64,000 nucleotides of DNA from Nageia nagi (Eukaryota > Plantae > Pinophyta): contig JBITNC010000002.1 in NCBI GenBank assembly GCA_050084985.1, positions 31,558,001 to 31,622,000 on the forward strand, in the 5' to 3' direction. The first letter of the stretch is position 1. Every line of letters starts with the position of its first letter. A program made the translations under genes and the position numbers. Under the pieces are notes generated by a model that was given only the letters and a program-made list of their open reading frames with translations, was not told the origin of the DNA and made no database searches. Shown here piece after piece: positions 61,117 through 64,000 of this stretch.

Positions 61117-64000
61117 AAAATGTTATTGATAACAACTTTTATTTCATCATATTAATTGCATCTTCATGAGCCACCTCAAGTGAATTTGATATTTGGACAA
61201 GCAAAGATTATAATTATATGATTTACATTAATATCCTTTTGAGCATATGGTCTTCTTTCTTTAAAGAGTCTTCATTTAGTGTTTCCTTTTCCTTGATTTT
61301 TTAAAAGGATTTACCTTATACTTGATATCTACGAAATTAAACCAACCTTCATAAGTTATCTCTCCATATGTTTTCTTCCTAAAGCGTACAAAATATTCTT
61401 CTAAACATGCATTAAAAACCTGCAACATAAATATGTTAATACAATATGCAACATAATACTAAAATAATAATGAAATAATATTAAAAATAATATGCAAGAA
61501 AAAATAAATTACCTAGAATAACTAAAATGAAGATCTAAACTAAAACAAAAATAAAAAATTACTCACAATAGGGATCATACCCTTATTGTTTGATTACGAC
61601 TACTTAGATCATATCCCTAAGGGTTGATCTATTCTATTGCAACCTTTCTTTTGTCCTCAATATATTATGTTTGTTCCTTCACCTTATTCATATTTTATGT
61701 TCAATTTATTTGTATATCCAAGATCAATACCTAAGAGAAACATTAAAATATACTACAAAGCCAATGTTAAACACACACACAACAATATATTTTATTTAAA
61801 ACAATAATGTTATACCTAGATTCATATTTCCAACTATCATGCATTCTAATGCAAAGGATAATAATAAATACAATTCCAATATGGGGAGGATGGAAGCATA
61901 ATTATCAATATCAAATCTCAAGAAATCACTCATGTATTCATACACTCATTCATTGATTAACCTTTAAAAGACTATATGTAGTAATTTTGTAATTGATTTT
62001 AATACTCAAAATAATAATACGTCACTCAATTTACATATAATCAATAAAAGGTAGGTGAATAAGGTTAATTAATCAAGTTGATAAGTTTGGTGAGACATGA
62101 TCAGATTAACGAGGTGTTAAACTCATGGTTTTTCAAAACCATGATTGATCAACTAATTCTAGGATCAAATGATTCTTCTATTGATAGATTGAATGGTCCA
62201 TGCAAAATTCCTGCATCATCCATTTGGTTCAGGCACTTATGAATTTAGGGTTAAGATGATATTTTTAAGTGTTTGTACACTTCTAAAAAGAGGAGAGGGT
62301 TGTGAAGTGGCCTTCATGCACAAAATAATAAGTAAGAAATTGTTAGTATCTTAGAAGAAGTTGATCCATATGTTCCTTAAGTTAAGATACTTTTCCATGG
62401 CATCTCTATTCTTAATGTATTTATGGTTGTGTTGTTGTGAATATTATGAATATTTAATAGTGAAAAACTAATCATGAGTGTGATGAATTGAATTAGGTCT
62501 CATGTAGAGTTGCACAACTCTTATTCATAAGATTATTCATAAATTCAAAATGTATGCAATGCCTTACTCCAAACATGAATTAATAATCAATTATATAAAC
62601 TACACCCCTCAAGAGCCAACATGTCACTCAAAAGGGAAAATACTCAACAAAAAATACAAATAACTTAGATCTAATGCTAGTATGCCAACATCTCATTGAA
62701 TAGGGTAAAAATACAAAATAATAATGTAGTGAAATAACAACAATGCACAAGGAATGGGATCTTAAATGATATTATTTAATAACAATGGAGATACAATTAC
62801 ATGCCTTGAAAAGTGATGCTCTCTAGCTAATGATGACTCAATTGTAGATCTTCAGGAGTGTTGTAGCGATGGTATTTTTGCACCTAAGGAGATTACACCA
62901 AGGTTGCCTCCAATAGGATTATTGTAGATGGCTCTAGAGCCTCACTAATCACATCAATGATAAGGCTAATCCTAAGGCTTCCTTCCCTCTTTAATGATGG
63001 AAAAATCAAAGTTCCTCTCTCGAATGACTAGAATAAGAAATAGGTTATCCTTCAATCACCTCAAGACCTCAAATACATACTAGTATATGCAAGTGGAAAA
63101 TATAGAGTTCTTTCAATCAATATGATAAAGGGAAGTTTAATAATCAATTCAACATATCCTCCATCTCTCGGAAGTCCTCCCTATATAGGAGAGGTGGTTC
63201 ATCTTCTTATATTACTTTGAGATGATCCAATGATGTAAAAGGGTGATCTGTGTACTCATGTTGCCAACTTCCAATATGGAGATCTATGGGATGAGTGAAA
63301 TCACATCCACATGTATAAAATGCTAGCACTAGGATGATGGAGTTTTCAATGTATCTCAATATTAGTGCTACATGCTAGAATATCATGAAGAAGGTGATTT
63401 GGGGTGTTGGAATACTAGAAAGCTGAACACGGGGGTCTAAATATCCTCATTAACCCAAAATCTAAGTTTGTAAGTTCTCTAATACCTTGGGATGTAAAAT
63501 ATCTCTCTTGGTACCATGTGCAACCCTAGGAGTCCATGTAATAGCTAGAAGTTAGTGTGATTACCTAGATGGATGCTCTACCTCGAAGAGGGGAGCATTA
63601 ATGGCAAGATGATCATCTAATGCTAATATTACAATCATAAAGAGTTAGTATGTAATGCCTAATTATTAGAGACTAATATTGCATTTACAATCATAATGGT
63701 CTTGGTATCATCAATATATCATTATTGGCATAATTATATACTTAACTATACATTAATTGGAGTACTAAAGTATTCTCCAAGTGGAACTTACAAGTAATTA
63801 GCCAAATAACTACTCAAATAAGAAAAAGTACTCATAATTTAATGTTCCCATTTATTAGTGATGAAATGGGGAAAACACTATAAAATAAGGACATTACTAT
63901 TATGCCCTTCCCAAAGTGATTTTCCCTGAGTAATTTGAAACACCAATAGCTACACTAAATTCTTCTTGATCCTTCTCTCATTCCTTGAAGTTGTGAGTTA

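Noticed and set aside
62600-64000. LTR-like decayed sequence at the window end
   Set aside because: No partner, PBS or coding motif recognisable within the window.

Overview
Eukaryotic, AT-rich, CpG-depleted plant nuclear DNA that looks gymnosperm/conifer-like (inferred from the TE types, the PPR type and the long introns). It is mostly nested and decayed retroelements. One apparently intact host gene is present: a 3-exon, 221-aa stand-alone XS-domain (SGS3/IDN2-type RNA-binding) protein at 39077-44927, with a pre-miRNA-like foldback in its second intron. A full-length Ty1/Copia element (22314-35962, TSD GTAGA) contains a nested Ty3/Gypsy chromovirus (23316-28828, TSD GAGTT) whose integrase core is deleted in frame. 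A truncated sister Copia (14033-~16762) keeps an open RT-RNase H frame and carries a 49-bp tandem array. A Tat/Ogre-like element with no recognisable pol (45102-53909) carries an antisense, spliced plant mobile domain (PMD) gene. A decayed endogenous caulimovirid-like segment (about 19355-21400) is largely invisible in the ORF track. Also present: poly(A)-tailed retroposed inserts, a PPR pseudogene, an orphan CpG-rich promoter-like island, MITE-like foldbacks and many tandem repeats. No rRNA, tRNA or CRISPR was seen. All alignments, translations and counts were done by eye and are approximate.
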